Of a stretch of DNA of 64,000 nt, positions 28,259-39,091 are shown one piece after another. Numbering within the stretch: position 1 is the first letter of the stretch; each line of letters opens with the position of its first letter. Source of the DNA: Nitrososphaeria archaeon (GTDB taxonomy: Archaea > Thermoproteota > Nitrososphaeria > JACIWG01); assembly GCA_050011875.1 (NCBI GenBank), contig JBEKIG010000002.1:32001-96000 (forward strand). Reading direction: 5' to 3'. The notes beneath the pieces are model-generated. The model made no database searches, was not told where the DNA came from, and was given only the letters and a program-made list of their open reading frames with translations. A program made the translations under genes and the position numbers.

Positions 28259-29434
28259 GTGTCATATTTGAAAATATCAGAGGTTAAAGCTCTAATTTCA
28301 AAACCTCCACGTTCTTTTGTTTTTGCTAGAGTAATGACAAGCGATGGAATCGTAGGTTACGGTGAAGCAGCATCGGATGGTGCGCCAGAAGTACATGCGG
28401 AGAGCATAAACACTCTAGGAAAAACTATAATTGGCATGGATCCTTTCAACACCGAACTAGCCTATTATACAATGGACAATGCCTTCTTTGGCTGGAATCC
28501 GGAAGCAACCATGCGCGCAACAGGCGCAATAGACGAAGCCTTATTTGATATTAAAGGTAAAGCGTTGAAGACACCAGTCTATAACCTGCTCGGTGGAAAA
28601 TTTCGGGATAAAGTGAAGTTATACTGCCATATCGTGCTAAGGCCAGGAGAGAAAGCTACTCCTGAAACTGTTGCAGAAGGCGCTGTACGCCAAGTTAAAC
28701 TTGGTTTTAGAGCAGTCAAGTTCGACCCTTTCACAACAGTCATGCGAAGTGATATGAATGAGAAGGAGATAGGTTTCGTCTCAATACCTCAGGGAATGAA
28801 TTTTTCCCATGAGCTGACGTTTAAAGCTCTTGAAATGGTGAAGTCGGTAAGAGAAGCCATCGGACCTAAAGTCGATCTGATGCTAGATATTCATGGTAGA
28901 TTCGATGTCGAATCAGCGATAAGAATAGGGAAAAAACTTGAACCATTCGACCTTCTCTTCTACGAAGAGCCTATTCCACCCACTAATGATGAACTTCTCG
29001 CCTACGTACGTAAAAAAGTAGATGTACCGATCTGTGTAGGTGAAAGAAGATATACGTTGGAAAGTTTTAGAAGATTATTTGCACTTAATGCAGCGGATAT
29101 AATTATGCCAGACCACTCTAGGAATGGTGGCATAACGTGGGTGAAGAAGATAGCGGACATGGCTCAAACTTATTTTGTTCCGGTCGCACCTCATGTTGTC
29201 TTCTCCAGCCCTCTAAACGCTGTAATCAGTGCTCAGAACATGGTTTCTATCCCAAACTTCCTAATTCACGAATCCATGGGTCCTCAAAGACTTAAACTCT
29301 ACAAAGATGTTTTAAAGCCAAACGTATTACCTGAAGATGGTTACATTAAAATTTCAGACAGACCCGGTCTAGGCGTTGAACTGAATGAAGAGAGCCTTGA
29401 AATTGAATATGATGAGAGCCTGATTGGATTATAA
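28259..29434 (+). CDS. Mandelate racemase/galactonate dehydratase-like enolase superfamily enzyme
   Basis: AVKFDPF, LDIHGR, YEEP, VGER, APH, PGLGVE. Confidence 0.9.
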   Translation: MSYLKISEVKALISKPPRSFVFARVMTSDGIVGYGEAASDGAPEVHAESINTLGKTIIGMDPFNTELAYYTMDNAFFGWNPEATMRATGAIDEALFDIKGKALKTPVYNLLGGKFRDKVKLYCHIVLRPGEKATPETVAEGAVRQVKLGFRAVKFDPFTTVMRSDMNEKEIGFVSIPQGMNFSHELTFKALEMVKSVREAIGPKVDLMLDIHGRFDVESAIRIGKKLEPFDLLFYEEPIPPTNDELLAYVRKKVDVPICVGERRYTLESFRRLFALNAADIIMPDHSRNGGITWVKKIADMAQTYFVPVAPHVVFSSPLNAVISAQNMVSIPNFLIHESMGPQRLKLYKDVLKPNVLPEDGYIKISDRPGLGVELNEESLEIEYDESLIGL

Positions 29435-29956
29435 TCTCATCCTCTGATTTTGTCCCCCTTTAGAAGCCCTATTGTAACGTTTCAATCCACTTATTCTGAG
29501 AACTGAATATAATTTTTTAAGATCGACATTAGTTTTTGCAGTAATATCTTTTATTAACGCGCCTTCCTTATACAACTCGATTGCCTTGTTTAACGCTTTA
29601 ATACTGTCTTCTCTGCTCCTTTTAACAAATTTTAACTTCCAATTAAGAAAACAATTTTTAAATTTTTCAAAGTCCTTAGACTTTGCCAGTGGAGGATTAA
29701 TGGAGAAGAAATCGATAATCGGCTTTAACTCATCATATTTTGTCACAGAATAGACGTAAATTGCATTATGTGTGACTCTTTTTGGTTTAAGGACGGAAAT
29801 CTTTCCAACCCCGAAAAAAGCCTGAATCCTTCTGATTATAATATTGTTCTTGCTTGTCACAAAAAATTTAGGATAGTAATGATTATGCGACAATATTATA
29901 GAAAAACTTCCTTGACCATCGACAAATCCGACAACATAGTCTGGAGAGATGTCCAT
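29429..29956 (-). CDS. Single-motif LAGLIDADG protein with C-terminal HTH, probably nuclease-dead
   Basis: YVVGFVDGQGSF, FFGVGKI, IIDFF..NP; C-terminal AIELYKEG..IKDI..KKLYSVL. Confidence 0.8.
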   Translation of the reverse strand: MDISPDYVVGFVDGQGSFSIILSHNHYYPKFFVTSKNNIIIRRIQAFFGVGKISVLKPKRVTHNAIYVYSVTKYDELKPIIDFFSINPPLAKSKDFEKFKNCFLNWKLKFVKRSREDSIKALNKAIELYKEGALIKDITAKTNVDLKKLYSVLRISGLKRYNRASKGGQNQRMRL

Positions 29957-30030
29957 TATACGGTTCTCAACAATTCCTAAATAATTAAATCTTTCTAGGA
30001 TATAAAAGAAGACTCTGTGTATTAAAATTT

Positions 30031-30348
30031 CTATTGACCTTGCCTTCTTTTTATTTCAGATATCGCTTTTGTAAGTGTTAGCTTGGCAATAGAACGTGGA
30101 GATATGTTAAACTGGTTATAGAGCCGATTTATCATCGACGGCAATATGAATGATACACCGTAGCCGAAGATGTTAGCGAGAAAAACCTCGAAGTCCTCTA
30201 TATGATCCGCCAACTCTTCTTCTTCTCTTAAGTTGTTGCTGCTCATGAACTTGTATATGATCGCATTCTTTGCATTTTCCCCTAAGAATGATAAGCTATA
30301 GTTTATTACCTATACAACCTTAACTTTAGTTTGGGAGTCAAGTATCAT
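30031..30348 (-). pseudogene. Small archaeal helical-domain protein interrupted by an in-frame TAG
   Basis: MILDSQTKVKVV*VINYSLSFLGENAKNAIIYKFMSSNNL...: ORF-track pieces 30310-30519 and 30031-30246 are in one frame. Confidence 0.5.
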
Positions 30349-30897
30349 CCTTATTGCACACCAAATCAATTTGTTATCATAAAGACAAATTTTATATAAC
30401 AAAGCAAAATTTTGATAACCAGCAGTAAAGAAAAAATTAATCAAGAAATTGTCCAGCAGATAATATAAGTTATTCCTCCAAAATTCCCTGAATGGGCCAT
30501 TTGATGATGTAGACACCATGGTATAAACATAAAAAACTAGGCAATCATAGAAATTGGCAAATCCTACTTAAATCCGCCAAGCAAAAATGAACAGGTGCAT
30601 TTCAGCAGCAAATTATTATAAAAACCTTCTACCTCTAAAATAGTTGGATTTTTATTGACAAATAATAATGATGTTTTCCTGTCACCAAAACTAAAAAATC
30701 AATTAGACCCATATGACATGAACCTATCACTAAGTGCCAATAGCGTCAAAGCACCCCCATGTCATGACAGGAGCCTTATCGTGGACGATAAATCGATAGA
30801 AACTTATCATAAATTATAAAATTAAGCTCTGATAATAATGTGCTCTATTAATTTGTTTAATTTGTACCTTAAAACTCACTTTTTCATAACCAATAAT

Positions 30898-30930
30898 TTG
30901 TTATCAAGTTTGATATCAAGCTTGAATAAT
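30898..30930. repeat. Nested palindrome copy B
   Basis: TTGTTATCAAGTTTGATATCAAGCTTGAATAAT. Confidence 0.75.
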
Positions 30931-31112
30931 TAAGACAATTGCCAGAATAAAAAATAAGATAATTTTGCACTAATGTCTTCTTCCTTTTCGACTCTTAAGC
31001 CATTTGTCCAATACTTGATATCATCTTATTTGCAAATTCCCACATCTTTTGGCACTGCATCAAATGATTGTTCGTCGTTTATTTGAACTACATTTTTTCT
31101 ATAAAATAGAGG

Positions 31113-32132
31113 TTAGGTTCTAAAGACGATGTGTACTTTGTTTCCTGTTGGGTCGGTTTTCTTTAGGTATGCTAACTTGAAGCCTGGCGCGATTATTGGC
31201 TGTTTAAGTTCGATGTCTTTTTCTTTTAGGTAGTTGTATGCGGCTTCAAAATTTGACACGTTTATTGCTATGTGTGTTCGTGTTTCCTTTTCATACACTT
31301 TCATGACTTCTATTTTTCCAATACTTGTCCCTGTTAGCATTATCGACGATGGCCCTTCTTCTTTTGCGAAGCCAAAGGTTTTAGTGTACCAGTCAGCTAT
31401 TTGCGTAGCATTTGCGGTTTCTGTTGGATATATTGCTATATGTTCAACGCCTAAAAATATGGATGTGCCTTTTGCTTCTCGTATCCATTGCAAGCATTCT
31501 TTAGTCTTCTCTTTTATTGTTTGGAAGTCTACTGGTTTAACTAAGTTTTTGACTATCAGGTTTGAGCCCAAGTTTATTGCTGCCGCGCCCGCTCTTATCC
31601 AACTTGAAATGCCTTCCTTTGTGGCTTCTACGCCTCCTGAGGGCATAAGTTTTAGCCATGGAAATGGGCCGAGCAAGTCTTTTATAAATTGCGGGCCTAG
31701 TACGTCTGCTGGAAATATTTTGATTATGTCAGCGCCCATCTCTTCTGCCATGGATATTTCTGATGGAGTACTGCATCCTGGAATATATAATGTATTGTAT
31801 CTATTACATGTCTTTGCCACATCTGCGTTGAATATAGGTCCCACGATAAAGTTTGCTCCACAATTGATGTAGAGTGAGGCTGCTGATGGCTCGACTATTG
31901 TGCCAGCTCCTAGGATGAAGTCTGGAAACTCTCTATCCTTCCATTTTACTAGTTCGCTAAAGACTTGATATGCTAATGCGCCGCGGTTTGTGAACTCAAC
32001 CACTTTAGCTCCGCCTTCAGTGCATGCCTTAACAATTTTTTTGGCGGTCTCCAAGTCTTCGTCATAAAATGTTGGAATTAGCTCGATCTCTAGAACGCTT
32101 GAAACAACCTCATGTCTCATCGACCTCGACAT
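31113..32132 (-). CDS. KDPG/KHG aldolase fused to a C-terminal VOC domain
   Basis: VEFTNR, GAGT, IKIFPA, MPSGGV; then EHIAI...WY...FGF, THIAINV, DPTGN. Confidence 0.85.
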   Translation of the reverse strand: MSRSMRHEVVSSVLEIELIPTFYDEDLETAKKIVKACTEGGAKVVEFTNRGALAYQVFSELVKWKDREFPDFILGAGTIVEPSAASLYINCGANFIVGPIFNADVAKTCNRYNTLYIPGCSTPSEISMAEEMGADIIKIFPADVLGPQFIKDLLGPFPWLKLMPSGGVEATKEGISSWIRAGAAAINLGSNLIVKNLVKPVDFQTIKEKTKECLQWIREAKGTSIFLGVEHIAIYPTETANATQIADWYTKTFGFAKEEGPSSIMLTGTSIGKIEVMKVYEKETRTHIAINVSNFEAAYNYLKEKDIELKQPIIAPGFKLAYLKKTDPTGNKVHIVFRT

Positions 32133-32563
32133 ATTCTCTTACTCCATAAAAGCTTGAGAAACTCGTCTTCTTAAATTTTTATCCGATGTACGTTTCACTG
32201 TTAATAGAAAGATGATAAATAACTGATCAAGCCGACCATCTAGAGATCTTCCTAGAAGGTCTAAAGGGGTCGACAGCACATGAACACCTAGTTAAATAAC
32301 GAGCGAGACTTTCACATTCCATTGAAAATATGATAAGTCTCCTAGAATATTCATTGTCAAGAACAGAATAAAAAGTTAATGTAATTCTACTAAACCGAGA
32401 CAAACACTAGACTATCAAGACGATTGATTCACCATATATTTTTTGGTACATGTTTTCTGTTTCACGATGCTAAATAAATCTCCAGTTCCAACATGCCATG
32501 TCTTGTTATGTAACTATTATTTAGTTAATGAATAAAGTTATAAACCTTTGAATATTAAAATGA

Positions 32564-34183
32564 ATGGATGCAGAAAAAGATAGCACTTCTTTCGTTGGGG
32601 GCATGCGGATGAAGAGTGGCTACAAGATCGTCCTTACAGCCGATAGAACACTCATGAGCGAGTACGGCGACAGCATATTCCTCGGATTCAGCGCCTGCAT
32701 GCCCGTAGGAGTGATCCCGGACAAGCTCTACTTTTCCATGTTCTGTCCTTCCGTCAAGGCCAATAAGGACGGTTCAGCAGAGGTGGCGCTGTGTGGGACG
32801 AGGAAGGTGGAGGCTTCCTTGCTGAAATATGGCTTTCGAAGGGACGAGATCATAGTTGCACATCCAGATCACATCGGCGAGGTTGTGGGGCAAAAAACGA
32901 AGGTGGTCGGGGTCACGGAGAACGACCCTCTTGGAATTGGTCCTGCCACATCCACCTTCACGCAGTTGTTCAACGGAGAGGCTTACATGGCGGTGAAGTT
33001 CAGAGAACTCCTGAACCATCCGGCCGTTAAAGAGTTTCATCCGAAGATAATTGTTGGTGGGTCCGGAGCGTGGCAGCTTGAAGACCCCAGGATCCGGGGA
33101 GAACTGGGGATCGACTGTGTGGTGAATGGGGAAGGAGAAGAAATGGTCGGCCCCCTCTTTGAAAAAGCTGTCAGAGGCGAGCCATTACCGGCGCTAGTCC
33201 ATGGAAAAGTGGTTCCAGAGGAAGATATTCCTACGATAGTTGATCCCACTATCTCTGGCATCGTAGAGATCGCTAGGGGCTGTGGGAGGGGCTGCGACTT
33301 CTGCGTGCCTACAATGCTCAACTACCGTTGTCTTTCCTTAGATCACATCCTGAAGGAGGTGGACGTTAACCTGAAGGCCAATAGACAGCCACTCCTGCAC
33401 GCGGAAGACGTCTTGAGGTACAAGGCCAAGGGGTTAGAGGTCAACGGCGACGCCGTGACGGGCCTCTTCAAAGCCGTGAAGAATCATCCCGGCGTCAGAA
33501 CTGTTGAGATAAGCCACTTTGCTCTCTCATCAGTTCTGAGCGCACCTGAAGTTGTTGAGGAAATATCGGATATACTTGGTTTAAATGGTGATGTTTTGCT
33601 GGGGGGTCAGACAGGCATCGAAACAGGTAGTCCTAGGCTGATCAAGGAACACATGCTAGGGAAATGTAAGCCCTTCCGTCCAGAAGATTGGCCAGATGTT
33701 GTTCTCAATTCCTTTGAGGTTCTCTCTAGGAACCATTGGGCTCCATGCGCCACACTCATCCTAGGTCTTCCAGGTGAACAGGAAGAGGATATCAACCTCA
33801 CGATAGAACTCGTCGAGAAGTTAAAGAACTTCGAGAGCCTGATTGTGCCCCTTTTTCTAGTCTCCATGGGTGGATTGAAGGACAAGGCTGACTCCTTCAC
33901 GCTCCAGAGGCTTACGCCTAGGCATTCTGAACTCTTTCTGAAATGTTGGGAGCACAACTTCCGCTGGACCCCAAAATTCTTGGATGACTTTACAACGGGC
34001 AGACGCGGAATGAGAATCCTACTATCCTATGGCATTAGATACACCGAGAATCTGATTAAGGAATGTCAAAATCACTATAATTACGACATGCTTCGAATGA
34101 TAATGGATATTAGAAGTGGTAGGAAAACGATAGATCCTCTATCAAACCGTATTTTGAACCGATTGTTAAATTTTGTGAAGTGA
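32564..34183 (+). CDS. Radical SAM protein (B12-binding-like N-terminus)
   Basis: EIARGCGRGCDFC, GIETGS. Confidence 0.88.
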   Translation: MDAEKDSTSFVGGMRMKSGYKIVLTADRTLMSEYGDSIFLGFSACMPVGVIPDKLYFSMFCPSVKANKDGSAEVALCGTRKVEASLLKYGFRRDEIIVAHPDHIGEVVGQKTKVVGVTENDPLGIGPATSTFTQLFNGEAYMAVKFRELLNHPAVKEFHPKIIVGGSGAWQLEDPRIRGELGIDCVVNGEGEEMVGPLFEKAVRGEPLPALVHGKVVPEEDIPTIVDPTISGIVEIARGCGRGCDFCVPTMLNYRCLSLDHILKEVDVNLKANRQPLLHAEDVLRYKAKGLEVNGDAVTGLFKAVKNHPGVRTVEISHFALSSVLSAPEVVEEISDILGLNGDVLLGGQTGIETGSPRLIKEHMLGKCKPFRPEDWPDVVLNSFEVLSRNHWAPCATLILGLPGEQEEDINLTIELVEKLKNFESLIVPLFLVSMGGLKDKADSFTLQRLTPRHSELFLKCWEHNFRWTPKFLDDFTTGRRGMRILLSYGIRYTENLIKECQNHYNYDMLRMIMDIRSGRKTIDPLSNRILNRLLNFVK

Positions 34184-34490
34184 GTTGAATGATATTCAAA
34201 AGGATTTTAATGGTAAGGTCATACAAAAGAAGAAAGTTGAACTCCGCATTAGTTGCTGTGTTCGCTATTGGGCTAGTGGTTTATGAGAGACTAACGAAGA
34301 TTGGAGAGCGTCCTGAAGCTTGTATAAGATAAGTGCCCTAATACCTTTATATATAGAGAATCCAACTCCCCTGAACGCTTGCTGCGCTTGAGAGCATATA
34401 GCCAGTCTATTTTGTGCAATCCCACCTGTGAATCTGATAAAGGTCAATATAGCTTGTCCTAAGCCTCCTAAGAGATTCACTCACCTGCCA

Positions 34491-34796
34491 TTATATATGC
34501 TTCCTTGAAAGCCCACTTTGATTCGGCTTCTGCCCCATAACATTGTAAACCTTAGAAGCTATCACAACATCTCCCCTCACATCTTTAAGCAATTCGCCTA
34601 CAATCTCCTCAGACCTACCACGCGAATAAACATTCGCAGTACCAAAAAAGTTAACGCCCAAATCCAACGCCCTATCGACAACCTTCTTAGCAACATCCCT
34701 CTCAATCATCCATTTCTCTGCGTTCCCAAACGACATACATCCAACCACAATAGGAGAAACCTTCAAACCAGAAGGCCCCAAACTAACATATTTCAT
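34491..34796 (-). pseudogene. Truncated aldo/keto reductase (N-terminal third)
   Basis: LGPSGLKVS, GCMSFG, F(G)TANVYS with the usual Asp replaced, GLSRKHI then stop. Confidence 0.8.
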
Positions 34797-35106
34797 ACTA
34801 AAACACTGATCTTTCTACCTACTTCAATCTTATAAATGTTCTTTATGCACTCAAAATTCAAGGTCTCTAATATTAATATCCAGTGTACATTGCACCCTAT
34901 GTTTTGAGATACATGAGGTAGTATTTGGATAATATATAATGAAATCAGTTCGCTCTTTTTTTCTCATAATCAATATGTTCAGGCTTAAATCTAAAAATAC
35001 CTTCCATTAGTTTAGATTTCATATAGGCACGCTTATCATGTTCTGATTCCTTTACCCTAATTGTTTCCATTTGAAAGAAGGAGCTCCTTTTCCAAATCGA
35101 GCCTCC

Positions 35107-36159
35107 TCACATTATTGGTTCAATCTGGACTTTGAGAGCTTTAGCGCTATTTACCAGGTCAAATCCTTCTTTCAGTCGATCAAGTGGAAAAGTATTGGAA
35201 ACGAGTTTCTCAACATTTATCTGCTTCTTTGAGAGAACTTTCAAAGCCCTCTCAACATGAGCTGTAACATGATCGTAACTTCCTGTGACCTTGAGTTCAC
35301 CATAATGGATAATGTTGGGGTCTAATTCAATATTCGTTTGAGGGTAGGTTCCACCGAAAAACACAATCGTGGCCGACGAAGCTACCGCTTTAAAAGCGCT
35401 TTCTATGGCAGTCCTGTTTCCTGTCGCTACAATTACAGAATCAGCACCGTATCCTCCTGTGAAATCTTTAACAGCTTTGGACATATCTTCCCTCAATGGG
35501 TTCACTATTGAGTCGGCACCTAGCTCGGTTGCTATTTTGAGTCTACTTTCAATAACTTCACTTAATATAACACTTGCTCCTGAAAGCTTAGTAATCTGTA
35601 GGTTAAGCAGACCCATTGGTCCTCCGCCTATGATCAAAACTGTCTCACCTAGTCTTGGTGATATTATCTCATTCGCATGTAAACACACTGCAATCGGTTC
35701 TGTAAACGCAGCTTCCAAAAAACTTACACTTTCTGGGATTCTGAACAAAGATTTGGCAGGCGTCTTAGCATATTCAGCAAATCCTCTAACGATGTTACTT
35801 TTATTCTTGCACAAATTCGTTAAACCTTTTTCACAATACTTACAAATTCCGCATGAGACAATTATTTCAGGTACAACTCTATCTCCTATAGAGAAGTCCT
35901 TAACCGAACCGCCAACTTCAACAACGTCACCACACCATTCATGCCCAGAAAGACCATAGCTTTCTTTACCATATGGAAACATCTGTCTCTTATAAACTCC
36001 TTGATAACTTCTTACATCGCTAGGGCAGATACCGATTCTTTGAACTCTTATCAATATTTCGTCTTCCCTAGGAGTTGGAATGTCGACATCTTCTATGCGG
36101 ATGTCCATTGGGCTATAAAGTAATGCAGCCTTCATCGTTTTTCTATTAAAATTAGACAT
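35107..36159 (-). CDS. Zinc-dependent alcohol/sugar-alcohol dehydrogenase (MDR)
   Basis: GICPSD, GHE, CGICKYC...C, GGGPMG; start trimmed from ORF track. Confidence 0.9.
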   Translation of the reverse strand: MSNFNRKTMKAALLYSPMDIRIEDVDIPTPREDEILIRVQRIGICPSDVRSYQGVYKRQMFPYGKESYGLSGHEWCGDVVEVGGSVKDFSIGDRVVPEIIVSCGICKYCEKGLTNLCKNKSNIVRGFAEYAKTPAKSLFRIPESVSFLEAAFTEPIAVCLHANEIISPRLGETVLIIGGGPMGLLNLQITKLSGASVILSEVIESRLKIATELGADSIVNPLREDMSKAVKDFTGGYGADSVIVATGNRTAIESAFKAVASSATIVFFGGTYPQTNIELDPNIIHYGELKVTGSYDHVTAHVERALKVLSKKQINVEKLVSNTFPLDRLKEGFDLVNSAKALKVQIEPIM

Positions 36160-36430
36160 GCACTTCGCGATGAAAAAAAGTGAAAATAAGTTTTTAAACT
36201 TTTCCATTAATTGATGTAGCATCTAAAGAAGCTGAAAAGAGGGCTTAGCAATAATGGAAACATAATTAAAACTGATAAAAAATAAAGTCTAACTGACATA
36301 AAAATAAAAATAACGATTTTAACAAAAATAATTAAACTAAATTTTTAATTAAAAACAAATTGTTGAGCGTTAAATTAATAGAAAAATGCATACAGGCATT
36401 AAAAAAAGATAAGACCAGTTATATTCAATT

Positions 36431-37174
36431 TTAGATTTTAAGTATTTTTGATATATTACCGCCCAAAATAAGTTCTCTTTTCTTCCGATCAGGGATTGCT
36501 ACATTGATTTTCATGATTTCAACTTGCATAGATGGTCCGGGTGTATCTGTCCCAAAAACCAATTTCTCTGCTCCCGCCTTGTCCACAGCTTTCCTTAAGG
36601 ACTCCACATTGTTGTTCATTGTTGTATCCAAGTAGAGGTTATCATATTTCATAGCTTTAGAAATGGCGTCTTCTGTGTTCTGCCAAAACCCCATATGCGC
36701 CATAATTAGAGGAACATCCGGGAAAGTTTCCGCCATGTCCCCAAACTGTGCCGGAGTGCAGTGAGGACAATCGCCTTGGCCGTGACTTATTATCGGGATC
36801 TTGAGCTTTGAGCATTCTTCGAATATTGCATCCGTCAGTGAATGTGCGTTAAGGGAAAAATGGTGTATGGCTGGGTGAAGTTTTAAACCCTTGAATCCTA
36901 GTTTGTTTACACACCTTTCCAGTTCCTTCACTGCTTTTTCTCTAGACCATGGGTTCACAAGTGAGAAGCCAATTAACCTACCGGGATATTTTTTTATTGA
37001 TTCAAATATATAGTCATTGTTTTCGACAATATTAAATGAGTATTCAGGGAAACCGAATATGATCGCTTTGTCAACGCCTGCAATATCCATTTCGCTAATA
37101 AGCCTTTCAGGAGTTTGATACACTTCAAGCCCCGGTTCAGGTTTTCCTATGTGGTTGTGAACGTCTATTATCAC
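36431..37174 (-). CDS. Amidohydrolase_2 family protein
   Basis: IIDVHNH, GLKLHP, AHMG, FGTD; likely GTG start at 37174. Confidence 0.88.
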   Translation of the reverse strand: MIIDVHNHIGKPEPGLEVYQTPERLISEMDIAGVDKAIIFGFPEYSFNIVENNDYIFESIKKYPGRLIGFSLVNPWSREKAVKELERCVNKLGFKGLKLHPAIHHFSLNAHSLTDAIFEECSKLKIPIISHGQGDCPHCTPAQFGDMAETFPDVPLIMAHMGFWQNTEDAISKAMKYDNLYLDTTMNNNVESLRKAVDKAGAEKLVFGTDTPGPSMQVEIMKINVAIPDRKKRELILGGNISKILKI

Positions 37175-37306
37175 ATTTTCAGGAATAGGCTTTTGTATAT
37201 TTAAGTATTGAGATTTTATAAAAAATTTTTCTACAAAAGTTTCACATTTATAATTCTTGGTTGACGCTAAAATATTTAAGCAGGTAAATTTACACATAAT
37301 GAAATT

Positions 37307-37711
37307 ATGAAAGTGTACAAGGAGTCTATTGATTTTAAAACGTCTAAAGGGATCAGTTTTATGGATATAACGGAGAAAATATCTGATGTAGTAAGTAATT
37401 CAAAGGTCACGAACGGTATAGTTTTTCTTTTTGCGCCACATGCAACAGGAGCCATAATAATCAACGAGTATGAGAGTCGGCTCTTGATAGATATCAGGAA
37501 ATTCTTGGAGAAGCTTATTCCTATAAATGAACCCTATGAACATCCAGAGAATGCGCCATCGCACATTCTCTCTTCTTTCTTCAGACCGTCATTGGCTGTT
37601 CCTCTTACACAAGGCAGAATACAGCTTGGAACTTGGCAGAGTATAATTTGGGTCGAAGTCGAACCTTGGTCACGCAATAGGAATGTCTATATTACAATAA
37701 TTGGCGAATAA
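37307..37711 (+). CDS. yjbQ: YjbQ/UPF0047 family protein
   Basis: HATGAIIINE, NAPSH, LGTWQ. Confidence 0.88.
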   Translation: MKVYKESIDFKTSKGISFMDITEKISDVVSNSKVTNGIVFLFAPHATGAIIINEYESRLLIDIRKFLEKLIPINEPYEHPENAPSHILSSFFRPSLAVPLTQGRIQLGTWQSIIWVEVEPWSRNRNVYITIIGE

Positions 37712-37758
37712 TTTTAAATCTTAGCACTTAAAAATATATGTAATCGGCGTAGAATACC

Positions 37759-38472
37759 GTGAACATCGCCGCTGTTTCCTTTGACGTGTGGGACACTCTT
37801 CTAAGGCTCAAGCCTTTCTATTTTAGGATTGCTAATGAAATCGGCTTAGAGAACAATAATAGCCCAACTAAGGTCTACGAAGATATGTTGAAGAATTATG
37901 CGGTGTTAAAAGAATATAGAAGTAAGGGAATGCTAAGGTATGACGATATCGTTAACCATTGTTTGGAATTGTCATCGGAGAATTTAGGTATCGATATAGA
38001 ACTTCTAAAAAGGTCAATAACGAGAACCATCCTTAATGTTGAGCCAAATGAAATTCTTGTTAAAGAAGCGCCTCAGGTATTAAGTGAACTTAAATTTCAA
38101 GGGAAACGGATTGTAACGCTTGGGAATCTTATCTTCTGGCCTGGTTATTATAATAGGATTCTTTTAGAAAGAACTGGTTTGACTAAGTACTTTGACTTTC
38201 AGCTATATGCGGATGAAATAAAATTCTCAAAGCCTAGTAAAGAAATTTTTTTGAGGTTGTGTCATGTGTTAAGTCTTGAACCTCAGAGAATTGTTCACAT
38301 AGGAGATAATAAGATAGAAGATTATGAAGGAGCATTAAATGCAGGTTTCTACGGAATCTGGCTAAATCCCTTGTATAATAATGGTGTTGAGATCGTGAAT
38401 AAAAGTGCGATAGTGAATTCAATATCTCACATACCTAAGGTTGTTAAAGTATTTGATGGGGATCTAAACTAA
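37759..38472 (+). CDS. HAD superfamily hydrolase
   Basis: FDVWDTL, SKP, HIGD..EDYEGA. Confidence 0.85.
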   Translation: MNIAAVSFDVWDTLLRLKPFYFRIANEIGLENNNSPTKVYEDMLKNYAVLKEYRSKGMLRYDDIVNHCLELSSENLGIDIELLKRSITRTILNVEPNEILVKEAPQVLSELKFQGKRIVTLGNLIFWPGYYNRILLERTGLTKYFDFQLYADEIKFSKPSKEIFLRLCHVLSLEPQRIVHIGDNKIEDYEGALNAGFYGIWLNPLYNNGVEIVNKSAIVNSISHIPKVVKVFDGDLN

Positions 38473-38513
38473 AGTACCAACCATACAATAATTTCATTTA
38501 TTCATGATGTATG

Positions 38514-38969
38514 TTAATCAATTGATATACAGGATATTGTGGCTTCATTTAATGCTATGACATCTTCTGTCCTTAATTCAAGAAGTTTTTCCCTTGTACC
38601 GCCCCCACAGAATATGGTGTTATAATTCACTAGAGATTTGTCGATGATTGTTTTCATCTTTATTTTATGGCCGACCGAAGGAGTGGCGCCTGGAAGGAAA
38701 CCGCTGATCTGTTCCGCTTGATCAAAGGGTACGAGCCGGACTTTCTTTACGCCTAGCAAAGAAGCAACGCGATCCAGATTAACTTTCTTATCACCGGGTA
38801 CAATCAACAGTATGTATTCTCCTGTATCCGTTTTAGAAACCAGGTTCTTCGTGAGTCTATTTAATTCGAGCCCGGCAACCTTAGCCGCATCCGCTGTATG
38901 AATCGTTTCAGGTTTTTCTATAAATCGATGCCATATTTTCTTCTCTTTAAGAAATTCTTCAAGACTCAT
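38514..38969 (-). CDS. YbaK/ProX aminoacyl-tRNA deacylase
   Basis: TKNLV, GFLPGATPSVG, FCGGG. Confidence 0.88.
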   Translation of the reverse strand: MSLEEFLKEKKIWHRFIEKPETIHTADAAKVAGLELNRLTKNLVSKTDTGEYILLIVPGDKKVNLDRVASLLGVKKVRLVPFDQAEQISGFLPGATPSVGHKIKMKTIIDKSLVNYNTIFCGGGTREKLLELRTEDVIALNEATISCISID

Positions 38970-39091
38970 TGTCTTTCACCCATTATGCTCTAGTTTAAAC
39001 GAGTTATGGTCGGCCTGATGGGCACTAAAAGATAGCGTCATGTTGCTTATTCGATATTTTCACAAAAATCAAACTAAATTCGTTTAACATA

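Noticed and set aside
30540-30790. Possible Na+/H+ antiporter remnant (VMTWG..)
   Set aside because: Similarity too short to support without a search.
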